This document shows, one piece after another, positions 25,151-37,100 of a stretch of DNA of 64,000 bases. A program made the position numbers and the translations under genes. The DNA comes from Eledone cirrhosa (taxonomy: Eukaryota): positions 336,350,001 to 336,414,000 of the forward strand of contig OZ024741.1 of assembly GCA_964016885.1 (NCBI GenBank), read 5' to 3'. Positions within the stretch are counted from its first letter, which is position 1; every line of letters begins with the position of its first letter. Below the pieces are notes generated by a model. That model did not search any database, was not told where the DNA came from, and saw only the letters and a program-made list of their open reading frames with translations.

Positions 25151-28100
25151 CTCTGTAAGAAGGTACTCTGTAGGAAGGTACTCTGTAGGAAGGTACTCTG
25201 TAGGAAGGTACTCTGTAGGAAGGTAGTCTGTAGGAAGGTACTCTGTAGGAAGGTACTCTGTATGAAGGTAGTCTGAAGGAATATAGTCTGTAGGAAAGTA
25301 CTCTGAAGGAAGGTAGTCTGTAGGAAGGTACTCTGTAGGAAGGTACTCTGTAGGAAGGTACTCTGTAGGAAGGTAGTCTGTAGGAAGGTACTCTGTAGGA
25401 AGGTACACTGTAGGAAGGTAGTCTGAAGGAAGGTAGTCTGTAGGAAGGTAGTCTGAAGGAAGGTAATCTGTAGGAAGGTAGTCTGTAGGAAGGTACTCTG
25501 TAGGAAGGTACTCTGTAGGAAGGTACTCTGTAGGAAGGTACTCTGTAGGAAGGTACTCTGTAGGAAGGTAGTCTGTAGGAAGGTACTTTGAAGGAAGTTA
25601 GTCTGTAGGAAGGTAGTCTGTAGGAAGGTACTCTGTAGGAAGGTAGTCTGTAGGAAGGTAGTCTGTAGGAAGGTACTCTGTAGGAAGGTAGTCTGTAGGA
25701 AGGTACTCTGTAGGAAGGTACTCTGTAGGAAGGTAGTCTGTAGGAAGGTAGTCTGTAGGAAGGTAGTCTGTAGGAAGGTACTCTGTAGGAACGTTGTCTG
25801 TAGGAAGGTACTCTGTAGGAAGGTAGTCTGTAGGAAGGTAGTCTGTAGGAAGGTTGTCTGTAGGAAGGTAGTCTGTAGGAAGGTAGTCTGTAGGAAGGTA
25901 CTCTGTAGGAAGGTAGTCTGTAGGAAGGTAGTCTGTAGGGAGGTACTCTGTAGGAAGGTAGTCTGTAGGAAGGTAGTCTGTAGGAAGGTACTCTGTAGGA
26001 AGGTAGTCTGTAGGAAGGTAGTCTGTAGGAAGGTAGTCTGTAGGAAGGTAGTCTGTAGGAAGGTTGTCTGTAGGAAGGTAGTCTGTAGGAAGGTAGTCTG
26101 TAGGAAGGTACTCTGTAGGAAGGTAGTCTGTAGGAAGGTACTCTGTAGGAAGGTAGTCTGTAGGAAGGTACTCTGTAGGAAGGTAGTCTGTAGGAAGGTA
26201 CTCTGTAGGAAGGTAGTCTGTAGGAAGATAGTCTGTAGGAAGGTAGTCTGTAGGAAGGTAGTCTGTAGGAAGGTACTCTGTAGGAAGGTACTCTGTAGGA
26301 AGGTAGTCTGTAGGAAGGTAGTCTGTAGGAAGGTAGTCTGTAGGAAGGTACTCTGTAGGAAGGTACTCTGTAGGAAGGTACTCTGTAGGAAGGTAGTCTG
26401 TAGGAAGGTAGTCTGTAGGAAGGTACTCTGTAGGAAGGTACTCTGTAGGAAGGTAGTCTGTAGGAAGGTAGTCTGTAGGAAGGTAGTCTGTAGGAAGGTA
26501 CTCTGTAGGAAGGTACTCTGTAGGAAGGTACTCTGTAGGAAGGTAGTCTGTAGGAAGGTAGTCTGTAGGAAGGTAGTCTGTAGGAAGGTACTCTGTAGGA
26601 AGGTAGTCTGTAGGAAGGTAGTCTGTAGGAAGGTAGTCTGTAGGAAGGTAGTCTGTAGGAAGGTACTCTGTAGGAAGGTACTCTGTAGGAAGGTAGTCTG
26701 TAGGAAGGTAGTCTGTAGGAAGGTAGTCTGTAGGAAGGTTGTCTGTAGGAAGGTAGTCTGTAGGAAGGTAGACTGTAGGAAGGTACTCTGTAGGAAGGTA
26801 CTCTGTAGGAAGGTACTCTGTAGGAAGGTACTCTGTAGGAAGGTACTCTGTAGGAAAGTACTCTGTAGGAAGGTACTATGTCGGAAGGTACTCTGTAGGA
26901 AGGTAGTCTGTAGGAGGGTAGTCTGTAGGAAGGTACTCTGTAGGAAGGTACTCTGTAGGAAGTTAGTCTGTAGGAAGGTAGTCTGTAGGAAGGTACTCTG
27001 TAGGAAGGTAGTCTGTAGGAAGGTACTCTGTAGGAAGGTACTCTGTAGGAAGGTACTCTGTACGAAAGTACTATGTCGGAAGGTACTCTGTAGGAAGGTA
27101 GTCTGTAGGAGGGTAGTCTGTAGGAAGGTACTCTGTAGGAAGGTACTCTGTAGGAAGGTAGTCTGTAGGAAGGTAGTCTGTAGGAAGGTAGTCTGTAGGA
27201 AGGTAGTCTGTAGGAAGGTAGTCTGTAGGAAGGTACTCTGTAGGAAGGTAGTCTGTAGGAAGGTACTCTGTAGGAAGGTAGTCTGTAGGAAGGTACTCTG
27301 TAGGAAGGTACTCTGTAGGAAGGTAGTCTGTAGGAAGGTAGTCTGTAGGAAGGTACTCTGTAGGAAGGTACTCTGTAGGAAGGTAGTCTGTAGGAAGGTA
27401 CTCTGTAGGAAGGTAGTCTGTAGGAAGGTACTCTGTAGGAAGGTACTCTGTAGGAAGGTACTCTGTAGGAAGGTACTCTGTAGGAAGGTAGTCTGTAGGA
27501 AGGTAGTCTGTAGGAAGGTACTCTGTAGGAAGGTACTCTGTAGGAAGGTAGTCTGTAGGAAGGTAGTCTGTAGGAAGGTACTCTGTAGGAAGGTACTCTG
27601 TAGGAAGGTAGTCTGTAGGAAGGTACTCTGTAGGAAGGTACTCTGTAGGAAGGTAGTCTGTAGGAAGGTAGTCTGTAGGAAGGTACTCTGTAGGAAGGTA
27701 CTCTGTAGGAAGGTAGTCTGTAGGAAGGTACTCTGTAGGAAGGTAGTCTGTAGGAAGGTACTCTGTAGGAAGGTACTCTGTAGGAAGGTACTCTGTAGGA
27801 AGGTACTCTGTAGGAAGGTAGTCTGTAGGAAGGTACTCTGTAGGAAGGTACTCTGTAGGAAGGTAGTCTGTAGGAAGGTAGTCTGTAGGAAGGTACTCTG
27901 TAGGAAGGTACTCTGTAGGAAGGTACTCTGTAGGAAGGTACTCTGTAGGAAGGTAGTCTGTAGGAAGGTAGTCTGTAGGAAGGTACTCTGTAGGAAGGTA
28001 CTCTGTAGGAAGGTACTCTGTAGGAAGGTACTCTGTAGGAAGGTAGTCTGTAGGAAGGTAGTCTGTAGGAAGGTACTCTGTAGGAAGGTACTCTGTAGGA

Positions 28101-31100
28101 AGGTAGTCTGTAGGAAGGTACTCTGTAGGAAGGTAGTCTGTAGGAAGGTAGTCTGTAGGAAGGTAGTCTGTAGGAAGGTAGTCTGTAGGAAGGTAGTCTG
28201 TAGGAAGGTACTCTGTAGGAAGGTAGTCTGTAGGAAGGTAGTCTGTAGGAAGGTAGTCTGTAAGAAGGTACTCTGTAGGAAGGTTGTCTGTAGGAAGGTA
28301 GTCTGTAGGAAGGTAGTCTGTAGGAAGGTAGTCTATAGGAAGGTACTCTGTAGGAAGGTACTCTGAAGGAAGGTAGTCTGTAGGAAGGTAGTCTGTAGGA
28401 AAGTACTCTGTAGGAACGTTGTCTGTAGGAAGGTAGTCTGTAGGAAGGTACTCTGTAGGAAGGTACTCTGTAGGAAGGTACTCTGTAGGTAGGTAGTCTG
28501 TAGGAAGGTAGTCTGTAGGAAGGTAGTCTGTAGGAAGGTACTCTGTAGGAAGGTACTCTGTAGGTAGGTAGTCTGTAGGAAGGTAGTCTGTAGGAAGGTA
28601 GTCTGTAGGAAGGTACTCTGTAGAAAGGTTGTCTGTAGGAAGGTAGTCTGTAGGAAGGTACTCTGTAGGAAGGTAGTCTATAGGAAGGTAGTCTGTAGGA
28701 AGGTAGTCTGTAGGAAAGTACTCTGTAGGAAGGTTGTCTGTAGGAAGGTAGTCTGTAGGAAGGTAGTCTGTAGGAAGGTAGTCTATAGGAAGGTAGTCTG
28801 TAGGAAGGTAGTCTGTAGGAAGGTACTCTGTAGGAAGGTAGTCTGTAGGAAAGTACTCTGTAGGAAGGTTGTCTGTAGGAAGGTAGTCTGTAGGAAGGTA
28901 GTCTGTAGGAAGGTTGTCTGTAGGAAGGTACTCTGTAGGAAGGTAGTCTGAAGGAAGGTACTCTGTAGGAAGGTAGTCTGTAGGAAGGTAGTCTGAAGGA
29001 AGGTACTCTGTAGGAAGGTAGTCTGTAGGAAGGTACTCTGTAGGAAGGTAGTCTGTAGGAAGGTAGTCTGTAGGAAGGTAGTCTATAGGAAGGTAGTCTG
29101 TAGGAAGGTAGTCTGTAGGAAGGTACTCTGTAGGAAGGTAGTCTGTAGGAAAGTACTCTGTAGGAAGGTTGTCTGTAGGAAGGTAGTCTGTAGGAAGGTA
29201 GTCTGTAGGAAGGTAGTCTGTAGGAAGGTACTCTGTAGGAAGGTAGTCTGAAGGAAGGTACTCTGTAGGAAGGTAGTCTGTAGGAAGGTAGTCTGAAGGA
29301 AGGTACTCTGTAGGAAGGTAGTCTGTAGGAAGGTACTCTGTAGGAAGGTAGTCTGTAGGAAGGTAGTCTGTATGAAGGTACTCTGTAGGAAGGTAGTCTG
29401 TAGGAAGGTACTCTGTAGGAAGGTAGTCTGTAGGAAGGTAGTCTGTAGGAAGGTACTCTATAGGAAGGTTGTCTTTAGGAAGGTAGTCTGTAGGAAGGTA
29501 CTCTGTAGGAAGGTAGTCTGTAGGAAGGTACTCTGTAGGAAGGTAGTCTGTAGGAAGGTAGTCTATAGGAAGGTAGTCTGTAGGAAGGTAGTCTGTAGTA
29601 AGGTACTCTGTAGGAAGGTAGTCTGTAGGAAGGTAGTCTATAGGAAGGTAGTCTGTAGGAAGGTACTCTGTAGGAAGGTACTCTGTAGGAAGGTAGTCTG
29701 TAGGAAGGTACTCTGTAGGAAGGTAGTCTGTAGGGAGGTAGTCTATAGGAAGGTAGTCTGTAGGAAGGTAGTCTGTAGGAAGGTACTCTGTAGGAAGGTA
29801 GTCTGTAGGAAGGTACTCTGTAGGAAGGTAGTCTGTAGGAAGGTAGTCTGTAGGAAGGTACTCTGTAGGAAGGTAGTCTGTAGGAAGGTACTCTGTAGGA
29901 AGGTAGTCTGTAGGAAGGTAGTCTGTAGGAAGGTAGTCTGTAGGAAGGTAGTCTGTAGGAAGTTACTCTGTAGGAATGTAGTCTGTAGGAAGGTACTCTG
30001 TAGGAAGGTAGTCTGTAGGAAGGTAGTCTGTAGGAAGGTATTCTGTAGGAAGGTAGTCTGTAGGAAGGTAGTCTGTAGGAAGGTACTCTGTAGGAAGGTA
30101 GTCTGTAGGAAGGTACTCTGTAGGAAGGTAGTCTGTAGGAAGGTAGTCTGTAGGAAGGTACTCTGTAGGAAGGTAGTCTGTAGGAAGGTAGTCTGTAGGA
30201 AGGTACTCTGAAGGAAAGTAGTCTGTAGGAAGGTACTCTGTAGGAAGGTAGTCTGTAGGAAGGTAGTCTGTAGGAAGGTAGTCTGTAGGAAGGTACTCTG
30301 TAGGAAGGTACTCTGTAGGAAGGTAGTCTGTAGGAAGGTAGTCTGTAGGAAGGTAGTCTGTAGGAATGTTGTCTGTAGGAAGGTACTCTGCAGGAAGGTA
30401 CTCTGTAGGAAGGTACTCTGTAGGAAGGTAGTCTGTAGGAAGGTAGTCTGTAGGAAGGTAGTCTGTAGGAAGGTACTCTGTAGGAAGGTACTCTGTAGGA
30501 AGGTAGTCTGTAGGAAGGTAGTCTGTAGGAAGGTAGTCTGTAGGAAGGTAGTCTGTAGGAAGGTACTCTGTAGGAAGTAGTCTGTAGGAAGGTACTTTGT
30601 AGGAAGGTACTCTGAAGGAAGGTTCTCTGTAGGAAGGTAGTCTGTAGGAAGGTACTCTGTAGGAAGGTTGTCTTTAGGAAGGTAGTCTGTAGGAAGGTAC
30701 TCTGTAAGAAGGTAGTCTGTAGGAGGGTAGTCTGTAGGAAGGTACTCTGTAGGAAGGTAGTCTGTAGGAAGGTAGTCTGTAGGAAGGTACTCTGTAGGAA
30801 GGTACTCTGTAGGAAGGTAGTCTGTAGGAAGGTAGTCTGTAGGAAGGTAGTCTGTAGGAAGGTACTCTGTAGGAAGGTAGTCTGTAGGAAGGTAGTCTGT
30901 AGGAAGGTACTCTGTAGGAAGGTACTCTGTAGGAAGGTAGTCTGTAGGAAGGTACTCTGTAGGAAGGTAGTCTGTAGGAAGGTACTCTGTAGGAAGGTAG
31001 TCTGTAGGAAGGTAGTCTGTATGAAGGTAGTCTGTAGGAAGGTAGTCTGTAGGAAGGTAGTCTGTAGGAAGGTAGTCTGTAGGAAGGTAGTCTGTAGGAA

Positions 31101-34100
31101 GGTACTCTGTAGGAAGGTAGTCTGTAGGAAGGTAGTCTGTAGGAAGGTACTCTGTAGGAAGGTACTCTGTAGGAAGGTAGTCTGTAGGAAGGTAGTCTGT
31201 AGGAAGGTACTCTGTAGGAATGTAGTCTGTAGGAAGGTACTCTGTAGGAAGGTACTCTGTAGGAAGGTAGTCTGTAGGGAGGTAGTCTATAGGAAGGTAG
31301 TCTGTAGGAAGGTAGTCTGTAGGAAGGTAGTCTGTAGGAAGGTACTCTGTAGGAAGGTACTCTATAGGAAGGTAATCTGTAGGAAGGTAGTCTGTAGGAA
31401 GGTAGACTGTAGGAAGGTAGTCTGTAGGAAGGTAGTCTGTAGGAAGGTAGTCTGTAGGAAGGTACTCTGTAGGAAGGTAGTCTGTAGGAAGGTAGTCTGT
31501 AGGAAGGTACTCTGTAGGAAGGTACTCTGTAGGAAGGTAGTCTGTAGGAAGGTACTCTGTAGGAAGGTAGTCTGTAGGAAGGTACTCTGTAGGAAGGTAC
31601 TCTGTAGGAAGGTAGTCTGTAGGAAGGTAGTCTGTAGGAAGGTACTCTGTAGGAAGGTAGTCTGTAGGAAGGTAGTCTGTAGGAAGGTACTCTGTAGGAA
31701 GGTAGTCTGTAGGAAGGTAGTCTGTAGGAAGGTAGTCTGTAGGAAGGTAGTCTGTAGGAAGGTAGTCTGTAGGAAGGTACTCTGTAGGAAGGTAGTCTGT
31801 AGGAAGGTAGTCTGTAGGAAGGTACTCTGTAGGAAGGTAGTCTGTAGGAAGGTAGTCTGTAGGAAGGTACTCTGTAGGAAGGTAGTCTGTAGGAAGTTAG
31901 TCTGAAGGAAGGTAGTCTGTAGGAAGGTAGTCTGTAGGAAGGTAGTCTGTAGGAAGGTACTCTGTAGGAAGGTACTCTGTAGGAAGGTAGACTGTAGGAA
32001 GGTAGTCTGTAGGAAGGTAGTCTGTAGGAAGGTAGTCTGTAGGAAGGTACTCTGTAGGAAGGTAGTCTGTAGGAAGGTAGTCTGTAGGAAGGTAGTCTGT
32101 AGGAAGGTACTCTGTAGGAAGGTACTCTGTAGGAAGGTAGTCTGTAGGAAGGTAGTCTGTAGGAAGGTAGTCTGTAGGAAGGTACTCTGTAGGAAGGTAC
32201 TCTGTAGGAAGGTAGTCTGTAGGAAGGTAGTCTGTAGGAAGGTACTCTGTAGGAAGTTAGTCTGAAGGAAGGTAGTCTGTAGGAAGGTAGTCTGTAGGAA
32301 GGTAGTCTGTAGGAAGGTAGTCTGTAGGAAGGTACTCTGTAGGAAGGTACTCTGTAGGAAGGTAGTCTGTAGGAAGGTAGTCTGTAGGAAGGTACTCTGT
32401 AGGAAGGTACTCTGTAGGAAGGTACTCTGTAGGAAGGTAGTCTGTAGGAAGGTAGTCTGTAGGAAGGTACTCTGTAGGAAGTTAGTCTGAAGGAAGGTAG
32501 TCTGTAGGAAGGTAGTCTGTAGGAAGGTACTCTGTAGGAAGGTAGTCTGTAGGAAGGTAGTCTGTAGGAAGGTACTCTGTAGGAAGGTAGTCTGTAGGAA
32601 GGTAGTCTGTAGGAAGGTACTCTGTAGGAAGGTACTCTGTAGGAAGGTACTCTGTAGGAAGGTAGTCTGTAGGAAGGTAGTCTGTAGGAAGGTAGTCTGT
32701 AGGAAGGTAGTCTGTAGGTAGGTAGTCTGTAGGAAGGTTGTCTGTAGGAAGGTAGTCTGTAGGAAGGTACTCTGTAGGAAGGTACTCTGTAGGAAGGTAC
32801 TCTGTAGGAAGGTAGTCTGTAGGAAGGTAGTCTGTAGGAAGGTAGTCTGTAGGAAGGTAGTCTGTAGGAAGGTTGTCTGTAGGAAGGTAGTCTGTAGGAA
32901 GGTAGTCTGTAGGAAGGTACTCTGTAGGAAGGTAGTCTGTAGGAAGGTAGTCTGTAGGAAGGTAGTCTGTAGGAAGGTTGTCTGTAGGAAGGTAGTCTGT
33001 AGGAAGGTAGTCTGTAGGAAGGTTGTCTGTAGGAAGGTAGTCTGTAGGAAGGTACTCTGTAGGAAGGTACTCTGTAGGAAGGTACTCTGTAGGAAGGTAC
33101 TCTGTAGGAAGGTACTCTGTAGGAAGGTAGTCTGTAGGAAGGTAGTCTGTAGGAAGGTACTCTGTAGGAAGGTAGTCTGTAGGAAGGTACTCTGTAGGAA
33201 GGTACTCTGTAGGAAGGTACTCTGTAGGAAGGTACTCTGTAGGAAGGTACTCTGTAGGAAGGTACTCTGTAGGAAGGTACTCTGTAGGAAGGTACTCTGT
33301 AGGAAGGTAGTCTGTAGGAAGGTAGTCTGTAGGAAGGTACTCTGTAGGAAGGTACTCTGTAGGAAGGTACTCTGTAGGAAGGTACTCTGTAGGAAGGTAC
33401 TCTGTAGGAAGGTAGTCTGTAGGAAGGTAGTCTGTAGGAAGGTACTCTGTAGGAAGGTAGTCTGTAGGAAGGTAGTCTGTAGGAAGGTAGTCTGTAGGAA
33501 GGTAGTCTGTAGGAAGGTAGTCTGTAGGAAGGTAGTCTGTAGGAAGGTAGTCTGTGGGAAGGTACTCTGTAGGAAGGTAGTCTGTAGGAAGGTAGTCTGT
33601 AGGAAGGTAGTCTGTAGGAAGGTAGTCTGTAGGAAGGTACTCTGTAGGAAGGTAGTCTGTAGGAAGGTAGTCTGTAGGAAGGTAGTCTGTAGGAAGGTAG
33701 TCTGTAGGAAGGTACTCTGTAGGAAGGTACTCTGTAGGAAGGTACTCTGTAGGAAGGTAGTCTGTAGGAAGGTAGTCTGTAGGAAGGTAGTCTGAAGGAA
33801 GGTACTCTGTAGGAAGGTAGTCTGTAGGAAGGTACTCTGTAGGAAGGTAGTCTGTAGGAAGGTAGTCTGTAGGAAGGTAGTCTGTAGGAAGGTAGTCTGT
33901 AGGAAGGTACTCTGTAGGAAGGTAGTCTGTAGGAAGGTAGTCTGTAGGAAGGTACTCTGTAGGAAGGTACTCTGTAGGAAGGTAGTCTGTAGGAAGGTAG
34001 TCTGTAGGAAGGTAGTCTGAAGGAAGGTACTCTGTAGGAAGGTAGTCTGTAGGAAGGTACTCTGTAGGAAGGTAGTCTGTAGGAAGGTAGTCTGTAGGAA

Positions 34101-37100
34101 GGTAGTCTGTAGGAAGGTAGTCTGTAGGAAGGTACTCTGTAGGAAGGTAGTCTGTAGGAAGGTAGTCTGTAGGAAGGTACTCTGTAGGAAGGTACTCTGT
34201 AGGAAGGTACTCTGTAGGAAGGTAGTCTGTAGGAAGGTAGTCTGTAGGAAGGTAGTCTGTAGGAAGGTACTCTGTAGGAAGGTAGTCTGTAGGAAGGTAC
34301 TCTGTAGGAAGGTACTCTGTAAGAAGGTACTCTGTAGGAAGGTAGTCTGTAGGAAGGTAGTCTGTAGGAAGGTACTCTGTAGGAAGGTAGTCTGTAGGAA
34401 GGTAGTCTGTAGGAAGGCAGTCTGTAGGAAGGTAGTCTGTAGGAAGGTACTCTGTAGGAAGGTAGTCTGTAGGAAGGTAGTCTGTAGGAAGGTACTCTGT
34501 AGGAAGGTACTCTGTAGGAAGGTAGTCTGTAGGAAGGTACTCTGTAGGTAGGTAGTCTGTAGGAAGGTAGTCTGTAGGAAGGTAGTCTGTAGGAAGGTAC
34601 TCTGTAGGTAGGTAGTCTGTAGGAAGGTAGTCTGTAGGAAGGTACTCTGTAGGAAGGTACTCTGTAGGTAGGTAGTCTGCAAGAAGGTAGTCTGTAGGAA
34701 GGTAGTCTGTAGGAAGGTAGTCTGTAGGAAGGTAGTCTGTAGGAAGGTAGTCTGTAGGAAGGTAGTCTGAAGAAAGGTACTCTGTAGGAAGGTAGTCTGT
34801 AGGAAAGTACTCTGTAGGAAGGTTGTCTGTAGGAAGGTAGTCTGTAGGAAGGTAGTCTGTAGGAAGGTAGTCTGTAGGAAGGTTGTCTTTAGGAAGGTAG
34901 TCTGTAGGAAGGTACTCTGTAGGAAGGTAGTCTGTAGGAAGGTACTCTGTAGAAAGGTAGTCTGTAGGAAGGTAGTCTGTAGGAAGGTAGTCTGTAGGAA
35001 GGTAGTCTGTAGGAAGGTACTCTGTAGGAAGGTAGTCTGTAGGAAGGTTGTCTTTAGGAAGGTAGTCTGTAGGAAGGTACTCTGTAGGAAGGTAGTCTGT
35101 AGGAAGGTAGTCTGTAGGAAGGTACTCTGTAGGAAGGTAGTCTGTAGGAAGGTAGTCTGTAGGAAGGTTGTCTGTAGGAAGGTAGTCTGTAGGAAGGTAG
35201 TCTGTAGGAAGGTACTCTGTAGGAAGGTAGTCTGTAGGAAGGTAGTCTGAAGGAAGGTACTCTTTAGGAAGGTAGTCTGTAGGAAGGTACTCTGTAGGAA
35301 GGTAGTCTGAAGGAAGGTACTCTGTAGGAAGGTAGTCTGTAGGAAGGTAGTCTGTAGGAAGGTTGTCTGTAGGAAGGTACTCTGTAGGAAGGTAGTCTGT
35401 AGGAAGGTAGTCTGTAGGAAGGTTGTCTGTAGGAAGGTAGTCTGTAGGAAGGTAGTCTGTAGGAAGGTACTCTGTAGGAAGGTAGTCTGTAGGAAGGTAG
35501 TCTGAAGGAAGGTACTCTTTAGGAAGGTAGTCTGTAGGAAGGTACTCTGTAGGAAGGTAGTCTGAAGGAAGGTACTCTGTAGGAAGGTAGTCTGTAGGAA
35601 GGTACTCTGTAGGAAGGTAGTCTGAAGGAAGGTACTCTGTAGGAAGGTAGTCTGTAGGAAGGTAGTCTGTAGGAAGGTAGTCTGAAGGAAGGTACTCTGT
35701 AGGAAGGTACTCTGTAGGAAGGTAGTCTGAAGGAAGGTACTCTGTAGGAAGGTACTCTGTAGGAAGGTAGTCTGAAGGAAGGTACTCTGTAGGAAGGTAG
35801 TCTGTAGGAAGGTAGTCTGAAGGAAGGTACTCTGTAGGAAGGTAGTCTGTAGGAAGGTACTCTGTAGGAAGGTAGTCTGTAGGAAGGTACTCTGTAGGAA
35901 GGTAGTCTGTAGGAAGGTAGTCTGTAGGAAGGTAGTCTGTAGGAAGGTACTCTGTAGGAAGGTAGTCTGTAGGAAGGTAGTCTGTAGGAAGGTACTCTGT
36001 AGGAAGGTAGTCTGTAGGAAGGTAGTCTGTAGGAAGGTACTCTGTAGGAAGGTACTCTGTAGGAAGGTAGTCTGTAGGAAGGTAGTCTGTAGGAAGGTAC
36101 TCTGTAGGAAGGTACTCTGTAGGAAGGTAGTCTGTAGGAAGGTACTCTGTAGGAAGGTAGTCTGTAGGAAGGTAGTCTGTAGGAAGGTAGTCTGTAGGAA
36201 GGTACTCTGTAGGTAGGTAGTCTGTAGGAAGGTAGTCTGTAGGAAGGTACTCTGTAGGTAGGTAGTCTGTAGGAAGGTAGTCTGTAGGAAGGTAGTCTGT
36301 AGGAAGGTACTCTGTAGGTAGGTAGTCTGTAGGAAGGTAGTCTGTAGGAAGGTACTCTGTAGGAAGGTAGTCTGTAGGAAGGTAGTCTGTAGGAAGGTAG
36401 TCTGTAGGAAGGTACTCTGTAGGAAGGTAGTCTGTAGGAAGGTACTCTGTAGGAAGGTACTCTGTAGGTAGGTAGTCTGCAGGAAGGTAGTCTGTAGGAA
36501 GGTAGTCTGTAGGAAGGTACTCTGTAGGAAGGTAGTCTGTAGGAAGGTAGTCTGTAGGAAAGTACTCTGTAGGAAGGTTGTCTGTAGGAAGCTAGTCTGT
36601 AGGAAGGTAGTCTGTAGGAAGGTAGTCTGTAGGAAGGTAGTCTGTAGGAAGGTAGTCTGAAGGAAGGTACTCTGTAGGAAGGTAGTCTGTAGGAAAGTAC
36701 TCTGTAGGAAGGTTGTCTGTAGGAAGGTAGTCTGTAGGAAGGTAGTCTGTAGGAAGGTAGTCTGTAGGAAGGTAGTCTGTAGGAAGGTTGTCTTTAGGAA
36801 GGTTGTCTGTAGGAAGGTACTCTGTAGGAAGGTAGTCTGTAGGAAGGTACTCTGTAGAAGGTAGTCTGTAGGAAGGTAGTCTGTAGGAAGGTAGTCTGTA
36901 GGAAGGTAGTCTGTAGGAAGGTAGTCTGTAGGAAGGTACTCTGTAGGAAGGTACTCTGTAGGAAGGTAGTCTGTAGGAAGGTAGTCTGTAGGAAGGTAGT
37001 CTGTAGGAAGGTAGTCTGTAGGAAGGTAGTCTGTAGGAAGGTAGTCTGTAGGAAGGTACTCTGTAGGAAGGTAGTCTGTAGGAAGGTAGTCTGTAGGAAG

